Assembly: GCF_028641065.1 (NCBI RefSeq)
Contig: NC_073410.1
Coordinates: 3,224,001-3,288,000 of the forward strand
DNA: 64,000 nt
Source: Leucoraja erinacea
Lineage: Eukaryota
Direction of reading: 5' to 3'
Positions 12,332 through 24,735 of the stretch are shown here, piece after piece (the stretch's first letter is position 1; every line of letters starts with the position of its first letter). Under the pieces are notes generated by a model. It did not search any database. It had not been told where the DNA came from and saw only the letters and a list, made by a program, of their open reading frames with translations. The position numbers were made by a program, and so were the translations under genes.

Positions 12332-13019
12332 CTCCTCCACCCTGTGAGAAAACATGTGGTTGTCAAACTGCACATTTACATTATAAAACTTCCGCACATC
12401 AAATGAGATAACGATTTCTACTATCACGCATGCACCCGAGCGGCCAGTGTATATAAAAGCTGGCATACATAGCTGTTCCTGCGAGATCGGGGTCGGATCA
12501 AGTCCTGATTGGATTTACGGGGAACTATCATAGTCTCGTCGCGGCCACTCGTTATACCCGGGTGAATGGCGGGCACGCTGGTACAGGTGCGAATATTTCC
12601 TGCATTAAAGAGAAAATGCAAGTGGGTACGTTTCCAAATAGTCAGCGCGTTCATGTGTAAATCACAGTTCTTCATCTTCCATTTAACTCTTGATATCCTG
12701 TGACATTTATCCACCTTCGTAGTCTTATTTGTTTACAATGCTCTCCACCTGCTAATGAAGTGTGAGACCTCTGCCCGGCATGAACCACTTTTTGACACAT
12801 ATTGAAGGAAATAAGCACCACAGCACCACGATCTACAGCATGTTAAACAGTTGTAAGCACCTATGCAAATAACTGAGGATTAAACAGGGAAGACTGAAGC
12901 GATGAATGTGAATCAGACAATATTTCCGAACCAGAAACATGGATCAAAAGCTTTGTGGAGTAATTGGATCAAGTACAGAAGCAGGCCCTTCGGCCCAACT
13001 CGTCCCTCCGGTCCAAAAT

Positions 13020-13590
13020 GCCGCCATCTAAGCTAGTCGCACCTGCCCGCGTTTGGCTCAAATCCCTTTAAACCTTTTCTATCCATGTACCTGGGAAATT
13101 GTTTTTTGAATAGTGTTATAGCATCGGCTTCAGCTACCTCCTCTCGTAGCTATTTCCACGCATTCATCACTTTCTAAGTGAAAAAAAAAAACAGTTGCCC
13201 CTCGGGTTCCTGTTAAATCTCCCCCTTCTTGCTTTAAACTTATTTATACCCTCTGGTTCTTGATGCCCCGACCCTGGGTAAAATGCTCCGTGCATTCACC
13301 GTATCTATTCCTTAATGGATTTATACAGCTCTATAAGGTCACCTCTCAGCCTCCTGCCCTCCAAGGAATAAAGCCGTTCCCTGCCCAGCCTTGAACTCAG
13401 GCCCTCGAGTACTGGCGACATATTCGCATATCTCCTCTGTACCCTTTCCAGCAAGTTAATGACACCCTTCATATCCATGTACCTGCCCAGGTGTCTTTTA
13501 AACGCTGTTATTGTATCCGCCCAATTCCAAATGAGTAAAACCGAACAAAAATACTCTAAATGCGGCGTCGCCAACATCTTGTATAACTGT
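13020..13590 (-). mobile_element. Degenerate CR1 LINE 3' fragment(s)
   Basis: LQLYKMLATPHLEY...LERVQRR...RRLRGDLIELYK remnants with indels. Confidence 0.7.
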
Positions 13591-15490
13591 AACAAGAAGC
13601 TGGAGTAACTCAGTGGGGCAGGCAGCATCTCTGGAGGGACGGAATGGGTGACGTTTCGGGTCGAGACTTCTTCAGACCAGTCAGGGAAAAGGGAAACGAT
13701 AGGTATAACGGGTAATTAAAGGTTCCCAATGGACACTCTAACGAATCTATCCGTGGCCCAATATCCCGCAATCTATAAATGGAACTACAGTAACTATCTC
13801 GCAGCCTGAAGAAGGTTCCCGGCCTGAAATGGCCCCTGTCCATTCTCTCCACAGATGCTGCCCGACCCCGTGGAGTTAGTTCCACCATCACTATAGATCA
13901 CTCACAGGGACACTGATCGTTTCCGAAGTTGGGTGTGAGCTATCGGCGTTGGTACTTACGGGGCCTCAGGAATTCGTGTGGAAGCGGAGGGACTGCAGCT
14001 TCGAGACAGAGCCCGTCTTCAGACCCATAGTTGGAACTAGATACCGGAAACTGGACGCTGCGCAACTCTAGTCCCTTCTCAGTTCCCCGGCCGTGTCAGC
14101 GATGGAGCTTGAACAGGAAGGATAGCGAGCTGGATTATACTCTCCCTCCACAGGGCAGAACACTCCCCCTTTCCCTATTCGCCCAGAATTACATCCGACA
14201 CCAACACACGCAACACTGCATCCACGCACTTTCATTACAGAGGCCAGTGTTATTGGTTTGGGGCTGGGCGGCGAGAGGTGGGGGGTGGGGGTCGGTGTGG
14301 AGAGGTAAGGGGTTGTTTGTACGCTGTTTTTGTCTGGCAAGCTTCCCTTCTCTGCTAGATTATGCTTGTAATTCTCAGCAACAAATGCCCATAAAGTAAC
14401 GTCTACAGAACCTGGCGTCGGTGGATAGACACAAGAAAAGCTGCATTCACTCAACTGATCAGACAGCATCTCTGGAGAGAAAGAATAGGTGACGTTTCGG
14501 ACCTGATACATCACCTACCTATTCCTTCTCTCCGGAGATGCCGCCTCACCCGTTGAGTTACTCCAGCTTTTTGTTTCCATCTTCGGTTTAAACCGGCATC
14601 TGCAGTTCCTTCCTGCACGCTAGCGTCGGCGGAGGTAGTCCCTGATGAAAGATGATCAGCCTGAAACGTTGCTTCTATTCCGAGAGAGAGTTGGACTTTT
14701 ACTGAATAACAGAGGCGTTCCCTGTATCCGATAGGCATTATTATCCTAAGTGCAATAATCTGAAGAAATTAAGTGTATGGACAAAAGTTGGCTAAGTGCT
14801 TCACATACCCCACAAGGGATTGCTCAATCAGACAGCCGAGGATAACTAACGGTGGCTGGTTATTCTGGTCGGCTTTTGCCTCCGCTGAAGTTTGCCGAAC
14901 TGATGCAGGTTCTAAATAAAGGCCGTATAATTGTCACCATTGTAAACCGCGCCTCGCCCAACACACACAAACCGAGTTCACTCCTCCACAGAGAATGCTC
15001 ATCCATGCGCCCCGTTAACATATTTCCAAACCACCCGCCACATACCTGAAACTACCTCCCAAACGGTGCAATTCTCGATTAGTTCCAATTTCCAGTCAAA
15101 AATATTCGAAATATTTTCGTTTATTGCAATATTTTATATTTAATTTAGTTATAATAGTCCATCCACTTTGATAGCATTGTGTGGACGAATTTTAAACACA
15201 AGCTCGATGTCGCAAGATCACATTCTTTGTAGTGAAGAATAGATTTGATTTCATATTGAATCTTGATTGTAAGACTTTTCACGAGTCGCGTTAGTGTTGT
15301 CTCTGCATTCTAGAGCTGTTCGCTTTGTAGCAGCTTTTAACATCGTGTCTATCGGGGAATAGGTGCCCGTGCGAATGGTTGTGGATTTGGGCTTGTGAGT
15401 CGCTGTTTGCAACCCGGCTCACGAGAGCTGTGTCCGTCGCATATGAAATCTGAGAATTATTTTGTTCACGCTAAGAGATCTTTCAGCAAA

Positions 15491-15662
15491 GGTAGACAAA
15501 AATGCTGGAGAAACTCGGCGGGTGCAGCAGCATCTATGGAGCGAAGGAAATAGGCAGTTGCCTATTTCCTTCGCTCCATAGATGCTGCTGCACCCGCCGA
15601 GTTTCTCCAGCATTTTTGTCTACCTTCGATTTTCCAGCATCTGCAGTTCCTTCTTAAACAAA
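15491..15662. mobile_element. Fold-back Penelope-derived element with target-site duplication
   Basis: Perfect 66-bp inverted arms (15491-15556 and 15559-15624). 15-bp flanking duplication agatctttcagcaaa (15476-15490 and 15663-15677). Confidence 0.8.
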
Positions 15663-17559
15663 AGATCTTTCAGCAAACCCGTTTTCTTCAGCTGGTGGAA
15701 TAAAAACTCGGCTGAGGTGACTCCAATGAAACCAATAATAACTCCAAGGTGAATCAGAATCCGAGACTAGTGAAAGTTTATTTTAGTCATTCATTAATAT
15801 GCTGTTTTTAGCTATTATTTTTTCCCCAATCTATGAACCGAGAAGCGGCTCTTCCGTGGGATTAGTTAATCCGTGTTCCGTTCCGTTTCTCGGCTACACC
15901 TCCTCCACACCGCCCTCTTAATTAATTATTTTGAATGTTATTTTTAATTTCCCATTGAAAACCGCAATCGAGTGAATTCCCACCGATTTGAGTCGGGACA
16001 ATGTTTTTTTTTTTCAAAACTCAATCCATCGCGGGGGACGTGAATCACAATCTATTTTTTCCTCCACCTTGTCTTTGTGGCTTTGCTTCTCTCCGCGGTT
16101 TGCTGTTTACAGGGGAGTTCGGATCAATGGGATTTGAAGTGAGAACAATATTCGAGTAGGGGGAGAGGGGGGGTCCATCCGATATTAGTAAAAGAACGAA
16201 ACACTTCTTTCATCTTTAATAGAACAAAATGCCACAGGCTCAACGCAAAAATGGTGAGTTGTGCAATGGAACGTTTATATTGATCGTTCTGCGTTTATAT
16301 AATCGATACTTTTTTTGCAAATCTTTCATTCATTTGTTCCATCTCTCTCTACATCACCGTCTATACCCCCCGTTTCCCTCTCCCCTGGCTTTCGGTCCGA
16401 AGAAGGGTCTCGGCCCGAAACGTCACCCATTCCTTTTCTCCGGAGATGCTGTCTGAGCCGCTGAGTTACTCCAGCTTTTTGTGTCTATCTTCACGTTTAT
16501 ATTAAAACCAGGTTTGTTCGCCTGAAGTGGAATTCCCCAAAAATCTGGAACTTATGGAAACGTAACATAGTTGTGAGTGCGTTCAAAATTCGTATTATGT
16601 ATGTAATCACATGTTCTCGAATGTACCTGGAGTGAATGCTGTGTCCACATTATCTTCTAGTATTTATCTGTTTACTTATTATTTTATGTAAGTTGTCAAA
16701 GTTTAAAAATGGTGGCCAGAGAAATAATTAAAACAGCCCCCTCGGCTATCAGAAAGCAACTCATTTGTGCTAATTTTGCGCTTCAAGCCATTTTTTGCCT
16801 TCCATCACAGTGGGGAATGTGGGGAATCCGCGGTGGTGGATGTTTATGTTAACTTTTATGTAGTTGCTTTTTTCCTGTATGGCTGTATGGTAATTCACAT
16901 ATCACTATACCTTAATTGGTCCACGTGCCAATAAAAGGCCTTTGAATGCTTTATTTGGAAATGCATGAACGCTGGCGTGACCAATTTACCGAAACTCACT
17001 CATCACCTCTTGTTCCAACCTTTAATCTGACACCAAGTTATGATATAGCAGCACATATAGGTGAGAATAGTCCGTGACAGAGGTTCATTCGCAGAGAGCA
17101 ATACACCATAGTTTGTTTTTTTCAGTTCAACTCACTGGGGCGATATAAGGAGCATTCGCTACATAGTATTGTTTTTATTCCCATCAGATCCTTGAAAAAA
17201 TTAATACACTTAGTTCTTTTAATACAGATGTACAACCTAAAACTCACACAGTCATTCGATGAAATTTGCACTAGACATTATTTAAATAATAAATGAGATT
17301 TACGTTTTAACGCAGAATCTTGACTGTCACATTTCCACTTTTGTTTTGTCAGTTTCTCCGTTCCGATAACACCCGAGAAAGTTGCGTTTACATAAATGAT
17401 ACAGAAGTATTGCACGGCAAATATGACAAAATGAAGAATCCGGAGTATATTAGACAGCTAGTACATCACGGAGTTAAGTTGCGTTACATTCACTTTTGTC
17501 CTGGAAAGATGGGAGTATTGGAGTCTCGCTGTTTCGGATGCACCGCCCTCAGGCGGTAT

Positions 17560-19104
17560 CTATTCACTGGAGTCCTCTTGATCGGAGTCAACCAACACCG
17601 CGGACATGGAGTGGCTACCTGGCGAGCTGCCGTGAGATTTCTTGGCCGCCTTGCGTTCTTCCATTTTGATGGTGTCGTACAGTCCTTTTGGCCCCTCCTC
17701 CAGTAGGAGATTTCTCTCCGAGAGCGAGGGTTTCATTAGCCAGACGTTTCTCAGGAAGAGCAGAGCAGGGGCGTACAGGATGTTGACCAAACCCATGCCG
17801 AGGTTCAGCTGCACGAAGCCCGAATTGTGGACGATCTGCCCGGCTACAATGGGACCCAGGGCATAAGCGAGAGAGTAGGAGATGTCGGCTATAGCATACA
17901 CACTACCGTACACTGAGACATAACGGATATCTACAAGGAAGGCAAGGGTGGGCAAGAGGGCCGTGTCCACCAGGGCTATCCCAAAACAAAGGAAACACAG
18001 TGGGATGATGAGTTCTTCAAAGTTCCTGCAGGCCGGGACTGTGCATGAACTTGCCCCGATAATAACCAAACCCAGAGCTCCGTAGAACCATTGTAAGTTG
18101 GGATATTTAGCCGCTAGCTTCACCGTGATGTACACGCCGAGGATGTGCGGGAAGAACGCCGGCAGCCACGTTAGTCCCATTTGCCATTCGCTGGCATTCA
18201 TTGTTTCTTTCATCCAATTTGAGATAGTTGGCTCCAGGAAAGCCAGGGGGATGTTGCAGGTGGTGAGGGCCCCGGCCACCACCGCGATGTAAGGGTCGAT
18301 CATCAGTTTGTAGATCGGCGTGCCCTGCTGCATGTTCTGGCGGGTTCTATTCGAGAAAGGCGAAATGACGATGAGCAACATGATGCCGTCCAGCAGGGAG
18401 ATGAGGGAGAGCACTAGGAAGGGGACCCGCTTGCCCGCGAACTGGTACAATATCCCGCCGAAGGGAGGCGCCACCAGGCTCCCGAAGGAGATGAACGCTA
18501 ACGCGATGCCCAGAGCTTTGCTCCTCTCCGACTCCTCGGTGTAGTTGTCCGCGATCATAGCGATTCCCGAAGTGTCGGCGAACGCGGAGCCCAGACCCTG
18601 CATGCTCCTCGCTATAAACAACATGGCATAACTCTCGCCAAAGGCAAACGTGACCGTGGAAAAGAATATAATGGTGAGTCCAATGAGTAGCGGGATATCG
18701 TAACCTACCCTGTCGATGAAAGTGCCGGTTAAGGGGTTGGATAGCAGCTGCAGGATGGCTTTGGATGCGAACAGAACTCCGATCTGTATGTCTTCATTTG
18801 GGTTTGGACTGCGCTCCAAGACCGTTTTTCGCGTAGCGTTGAGCAACGTTTCATTTAAAGTCAACGGGAGATACACCAGTTTGTAAGTTCTTATAGTTTC
18901 AAGGTAGTCTGGTATAATGGGCACTATCACCATGTACAGCATGTTGTCCAGTAACATGGCGATACATACTATCACCAGCAAGATCTTGCGTTGCCGCTTC
19001 GGTTCATGGACCGCGCCGCTGATCTGTTTACTCCGCTCCCCAACCACGTCTGAGAATTTCACCACGGCTGACTTGGCCAGCCCGACCACGGCTGTGGTGG
19101 CCAT
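17560..19104 (-). CDS. SLC18A3: Vesicular acetylcholine transporter (VAChT), single exon, 514 aa
   Basis: Intronless MFS ORF with [38 protein letters not shown] and the C-terminal SERNLLL/YDTI sorting motifs. Very similar to Torpedo VAChT as recalled. First ATG (agcATGG) is at 19104. Confidence 0.98.
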   Translation of the reverse strand: MATTAVVGLAKSAVVKFSDVVGERSKQISGAVHEPKRQRKILLVIVCIAMLLDNMLYMVIVPIIPDYLETIRTYKLVYLPLTLNETLLNATRKTVLERSPNPNEDIQIGVLFASKAILQLLSNPLTGTFIDRVGYDIPLLIGLTIIFFSTVTFAFGESYAMLFIARSMQGLGSAFADTSGIAMIADNYTEESERSKALGIALAFISFGSLVAPPFGGILYQFAGKRVPFLVLSLISLLDGIMLLIVISPFSNRTRQNMQQGTPIYKLMIDPYIAVVAGALTTCNIPLAFLEPTISNWMKETMNASEWQMGLTWLPAFFPHILGVYITVKLAAKYPNLQWFYGALGLVIIGASSCTVPACRNFEELIIPLCFLCFGIALVDTALLPTLAFLVDIRYVSVYGSVYAIADISYSLAYALGPIVAGQIVHNSGFVQLNLGMGLVNILYAPALLFLRNVWLMKPSLSERNLLLEEGPKGLYDTIKMEERKAAKKSHGSSPGSHSMSAVLVDSDQEDSSE

Positions 19105-19606
19105 GCTTGTCCAAGCGGCGAGAACTGTCACAACTTCGGCCCAATCCTCGCCCTGCCCCGAGTGTCGCGGACGGGACAGTATTTATTACCTGGACGCGGA
19201 GCCCAGATAGAGAAGCGGTCCCACCTCCAGCACGACCATCAGCAGCAGCGGCAGCAAGTCGGTGCCGGGAAAGACGGGCATCGTGATCGGCTCTGAAGTC
19301 CGGGGGACTCTGCATCCAACTCCCGCCAGCACGGCTAAGTGGGGCTGTACACTCTTCAAACAGTGGGGGAGTGAGTTGTCGGTCCTGCTCGGTTTGGCTC
19401 AGTCCACGAATGGAGAGATGCTGGCGATTTGTGGACGGTCACATTGGCAGAATGTGGGAGGGCTAGTGCAACTCTGGGCTCCTCCCTCCTCTGGACTCGG
19501 GAAGCCCATTCACACCGAGGAGCGGGCGTTCTCCCCCGTCCCCTCGTCTCGTCTCCGGCTTCTGACTCTCGATGCTGCTCTTGTGCCTCAGCTGGCTCCG
19601 ACCGAA

Positions 19607-19642
19607 CCCGCCCCTGATGCTCAACCCCCCCCAGCTGATTGG
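19607..19642 (-). promoter_or_regulatory. Candidate VAChT/cholinergic-locus promoter (CCAAT box and GC box)
   Basis: Minus-strand CCAATC (19637-19642) followed by GGGGCGGG (19607-19614), about 500 bp upstream of the ATG at the edge of a CpG-rich region. Confidence 0.5.
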
Positions 19643-20052
19643 GTCTTCTGCAATCTTGTGCAGTGTTTTGTCCGGTGTAGGAGACACGTTTCGGGAGATC
19701 TGCCTCCTCCTCTCACCCCGAGTGTGGACTGTACAGTATAGATTAGCCACAGAAACTATTTACACTGCTTAGGACGGAATAGATTTATTGCCAAGATAGA
19801 CACAAAATGCTGGAGTAACTCAGCGGGCCAAGCAGCATCTGAGATTCTGACTGACCCGCTGAGTTACTCCAGCATTTTGTGTCTATCTTCGATTTAAACC
19901 AGCATCTGCAGTTCTTTCCTACATGTATTTCCTATTTGAGCACAGGGATTTGGCATAAGCTCTTAGTATTTGCAAAAAGGAAAGTGCTGGAGGAACTTGA
20001 AAGGCCAGGCAAGATGGGATGGACAGGAGACTTTCTGGTCGCGATCCCGCTT

Positions 20053-20285
20053 CCCCTGTCCCACTTAGGAAACCTGAACGGAAACCTCTGGAGACTTTGC
20101 GACCCACCCAAGGTTTCCGTGCGGTTCCCGGAGGTTGCAGGTGGTTGCCGGAGGTTGCAGATAGTGGAAGCAGGTAGGGAGACTGACAAAAACCTCCGGG
20201 AACCGGGAACCACACGGAAACCTTGGGTGGGGCACAAAGTCTCCAGAGGTTTCCGTTCAGGTTTCCTAAGTGGGACAGGGGCATT
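20053..20285. mobile_element. MITE subfamily B (long terminal inverted repeats)
   Basis: cccctgtcccacttaggaaacctgaacggaaacctctggagactttg ... caaagtctccagaggtttccgttcaggtttcctaagtgggacagggg. Near-identical to the copies at 46827 and 54436. Confidence 0.88.
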
Positions 20286-20993
20286 AGAGTCGTTCAGTTA
20301 CTTCAGGACTTAAGGTCCCAGCGTCTGCAGTTTCTTGTGTCTCCAGTTCGCATCTGCAAAGTGTTTAACTTCTCCCGGGTATACTTGCTATTTGTGTAGG
20401 AAGAAACTGCAGGTGCTGGTTTAAACCGAATGTAGACACAAAAAGCTGGAGTAACTCAGCGGGACAGGCAGCATCTCTGGAGAGAAGGAATGGGTAGCGT
20501 TTCTGGTCGAGACCCCACTTTTCATTGAAGAAGGGTTTTGGCCCGAAACGTTGCCTATTTCCTTCGCTCCATAGATGCTGCTGCACCCGCTGAGTTACTC
20601 CAGCATTTTTGTCGTCCCACTTTTCATTGAATGTTCTCGCCGTTAAATGCACCTTATTTATAAAGCCATGGACATTGTAATGCGGTGAAAGTCAATCTGT
20701 CCACAGTTTGCTTCCAGCGTGATATTAACTAACGTGTTTGTTCTGCAAGAGACTAATATCATCGCAGCGCAGCGCCAAACACCCCACAGTGTCATTGAGA
20801 CTCTCAGGTAAACACCTCGACAAGTGGACACACGAGGAACTGCAGGCGCTGGAGCTTAGAGCAAAACACAATGTGCTGGAGGAACTCAGCCGGCTCAGGC
20901 AGCATTTATGGAGGGAATGGGCAGGCGACGTTTCGGGGCGGGGCCCTTCTTCAGACTGAATAAGTGGGGGGGAGGGGTGAAAAAGATGTGTGT

Positions 20994-21041
<48 letters not shown>

Positions 21042-22001
21042 AGCCAAAGCCTGACATGTGTCGTGTATTCCCTCTCTCCGCCCACCCCACCCCGTCCGCC
21101 CTAGGCATCCTACTAGTTCCCCTGCTCGTATCCCCGCGTTGTCACCTTTTCCGCAGCCAACAATGGACCATTGTGGGCTCCAGCTTGTCCTTGATCATCC
21201 GTGCTGGCTTTCATTTGTTCTTTTCATACATTTGTTCCTTGTACCTTTCCATGCCTCTCCCCAGACTCTCTGTCTCAAGAAGGGTCTCGACCCGAAACGT
21301 CTCCTATTCCTTCTCTCCAGAGATGCTGCCTGACCCGCTGAGTTACTCCAGCTCACTCCAGTGTCTATCCTGACAAATGATACGTGGGGAAAGCACCACC
21401 ATCCCGCTCCCCTGTATCCCTGTATCCACCTATCACTCCCCAAGTCTTGTCCCGCCCCGCCACATCTCTTATCCAGCTTTCTCCAGCTCCATCTCCATCT
21501 ATCTGAAGAAGAGTCTCGACCCGAAACGTCGCCTGTCCATTTCATCCACAGATGCTGTCTGAGTTCTTCCAGCATTTGTATTTTTTTACCTGTTGGTTAT
21601 GCTTATTGGGATTATAACCCCCCATCCCTTGCACCGTAACATCATCGGACGCCGACCTTATCCGATCCACTTAAACGCGGATGTAAATCATTCACATGAA
21701 CGCGATCGAGTCAGAAGCAACTAGGTCGGAATATTTTAGTTATGGGGTGAGATTGGATGGGCTGGGCTTGTTTCCGCTGAAACAAAGAAGGCCGAGGAAT
21801 GACCTGCCGGAGACCACAGAGGCAAAGAGAGGGTAGATAGCCGCAAGACGTGGTATGAAAAACAAGTGTTTAAGAAGGAACTGCAGATGCTGGAAGATTT
21901 TCGGCCCGAAACGTTGCCTATTTCCTTCGCTGCATTGATGCTGCCGCACCCGCTGGGTTTCTCCAGTACTTTTGTCTTCTGTATGATCCACTTAAAAAAA
22001 A

Positions 22002-22086
22002 TTACCCCTCAGACCCCCTTTTAGCCTTCTACCACAGACCCTACCACAGTCTGTGGTAGAAGGCTAAAAGGGGGTCTGAGGGGTAA
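22002..22086. repeat. Perfect 38-bp inverted repeat with a 9-nt spacer
   Basis: ttacccctcagacccccttttagccttctaccacagac / cctaccaca / gtctgtggtagaaggctaaaagggggtctgaggggtaa. Confidence 0.92.
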
Positions 22087-23762
22087 GATTTTTTTTTACA
22101 CAGAGAGTTTTGACATCCAATACACTGCCAAAGGAGATGATGGAATCAGGTCTAAGAGACATTTAGAGAGATACTTAAACAGACAATGGTATAAGGGCAG
22201 ACACACAGTGCAGCAGTAAGTCAGTAGGCCAGGCAGCATCTCTGGAGAGAAGGAATGGGTGACGTTTCGGGTCGGCACCATTCTTCCCTCCGACACAGTG
22301 GGAGAGGGGTATGGTTCTAATGCAGGCAAATGGGATTCGTGTAGATAGGCAAAAAGGGCGGTATGGACGTGGTGGGCCGAATGGCCTGATTCTGCGCTTG
22401 GCGACGCTGTGGGTCTGGAAGGGCGTGTTCCTGAGTCACACACAATCGTGCCATTCAGCCACCTCACTAACCCCATCGCCTCATTCAATGCCCCAGTGGC
22501 TGTCCTAGCCCCAGCCTCACCAATGACCCAATATTGTACCACTCATCTACACAATGACGGTAACTGAATTGGCCCATTGACCCTCCAGCCTTCGTGTAGG
22601 ACGAAACCGGAATACCCGCGAAAAACCCACTCGGTCCAAATCGGAAGGAACTGCAGGTGCTGGTTTACACCGACGTTGGACACAAAATGTTGGAGTAACT
22701 CAGCGGGACAGTCAGCATATCTAGATAGAAATAATGGGCGACGTTTCGGGTCTGAAGAAGGGTCTCGACCCGAAACGTCACCCATTCCTCTATCCAGAGA
22801 TGCTGCCTGTGCCGCCGAGTTACTCCAGCATTTTGTGTCTACCTTCGGTCCAAGCAGAGCGTGCAAACGTGGAGCAGGTAGGAATGAATCTGACTCTTTG
22901 AAGAAGTTAAATGACAGCCCGCTTGCGGCGTATTGTGCGACCTTTAGATCCCTGGTTTCAACTTTGTGGGATTATCTCCCCCCCCACCCCACCCTCTTAT
23001 GTTAGAAGATAACAATTATATGGCAACTCGGCGGGCCAGGCAGTGTCTTTGGGGAAAAGGATTCTCGTTTCTTTTGCTCCAGAGATGCTACCTGGCCCGC
23101 TGAGTTTCTCTAGTCTATCTTCAGTATTAAAACAAGGAATCTGCAGTTCCTTCCTTCCTACACAATAAAGAGCCAGAGGCCCGGGTTCGTTTCTGACCAA
23201 GGGTGCTGTCTGTGTGGAGCTCTGTGTTCTCTCTGTGACCACGTGGGCTTCCTCCGAGTGCTCGGGTTTCCTCCCACATTTCAAAAACGTGGAGGTTAAT
23301 CGGCTTCTGTAAACTGTCCCTCGTGTGTGGGATAGAACTGGTGCACGGGTGTTGGCTGGTCGGCGCGGATTCGATGGGCCGAAGGGCCTGTTTCCATGTT
23401 GTATCTCTAAAACTGAACTAAACACGAACCGGACTCTCCCGGACTCAAATGGCCGACTAGTCTCGTGTTGATCAAGGTACATTGGTGTGTTGCAACGCTC
23501 AACATTAAGTATAAAGCGACCCACGGACAAAATAACTACATCACACCTGAACACCTCTGGGTCCTTCTAATGTTTGCAGCACGCTGCTCTCGATGCCTTT
23601 ATCTGCGCGGAATCTGCCGAATAAGGGTAATAGCACTCAGGTCTGCCAAGCCTGTACATTGGTGGGAGTACATTCTATGTCGAAAACATTGTGGTTCGAA
23701 TCCCAATCCAGAGGCACCAGCACAGTATGTTCGCCGTTAGAGCGCACGGCTTAAGAGAGTGG

Positions 23763-24735
23763 AAGGTACACAAAAATGCTGGAGAAACTCAGCAGGTGCA
23801 GCAGCATCTATGGAGCGAAGGAAATAGGTAACGTTTCGGGCTGAAACCCTTCTTCAAACTGATCGGGGGTGGCGGGGAGAAGGAAGGAAAAAAGGAGGAG
23901 GAGGAGCCCGATGGCTGGGGGATGGGCAGAGGCAGCTCAAGGGCTATGGAAGGGGGGGAGACAGCAAGGGCTAACAAAATTGGGAGAATTCAATGTTCAT
24001 GCCCGCGGGATGCAGGCTCCCCAAGCGGAATATGAGGTGCTGTTCCTCCAATTTCCGGTGTTGCTCACTCTGGCAACGGAGGAGACCCAGGACAGAGAGG
24101 TCGGATTGGGAATGGGAGGGGGAGTTGAAGAGCTGAGCCACCGGGAGGTCAGGTAGGTTCTTGCGGACCGAGCAGAAGTGTTCGGCGAAATGATTGCCCA
24201 ACCTCCGCTTAGTCTCACCGATGTAGATCAGCTGACATCTAGAGCAGCGGATGCAGTAGATGAGGTTGGAGGAGATGTGGAACGCCTCATCCTGGGAGCA
24301 GATGCGGCGTAGGCGGAGGAATTGGGAGTAGGGGATGGAGTCCTTACAGGAGGCAGGGTGGGAAGAAGTGTAGTCCAGATAGCCATGGGAGTCAGTGGGT
24401 TTGTAGTGGATGTCGGTCAGAAGTCTATCACCTGCGATGGAGATAGTGAGGTCAAGGAATGGTAGGGAAGTGTCGGAAATAGTCCAGGTGTATTTGAGTG
24501 CCGGATGGAAGTTGATGGTGAAGTGAATGAAGTCAGTCAGTTGTGTGTGGGTGCAGGAGGTAGAGGTCGGGGATCGGGGATGGGGCCCTGGTACGTATTG
24601 AACAAGGATTGTTTGACGTACCCGACAAAGAGGCAGGCATAGCTGGGGCCCATGCGTGTGCCCATAGCTACACCTTATGTTTGGAGGAAATGGGAGGAGT
24701 CAAACGTGATGTTATTGAGGGTAAGGACCAGCTCC
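23763..24735 (-). mobile_element. Penelope-like retroelement, internally deleted (RT remnants, GIY-YIG endonuclease, 3' terminal region)
   Basis: Minus strand gives RT pieces MGPSYACLFVGYV and FIHFTINFHPALKYTW, then HFAEH..VRKNLPDLPVAQLFNSPSH..LEEQHLIFRLGSLHPAGMNIEF, then the same terminal sequence as the short hammerhead elements (core here reads TTGAAGA). Confidence 0.85.

Noticed and set aside
12821-12840. RE1 left half-site CAGCACCACG
   Set aside because: No GGACAG-like right half-site at canonical spacing.
19105-19131. ORF-track N-terminal extension of VAChT (MTVLAAWTS)
   Set aside because: It starts at GTG. The first ATG, in good context and matching the known VAChT N-terminus, is at 19104.
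17642-19210. Plus-strand ORFs overlapping VAChT
   Set aside because: Antisense shadows of a GC-rich coding sequence.
19879-20313. Recurrent ORFs such as MPLSHLGNLNGNLWRL (also about 46827 and 54405)
   Set aside because: These are chance translations of MITE inverted repeats, found on both strands.
21008-21040. Long poly-G runs (also about 42415, 59516 and 59567) as G-quadruplex signals
   Set aside because: Homopolymer lengths are unreliable and some lie in repeats. There is no functional evidence.
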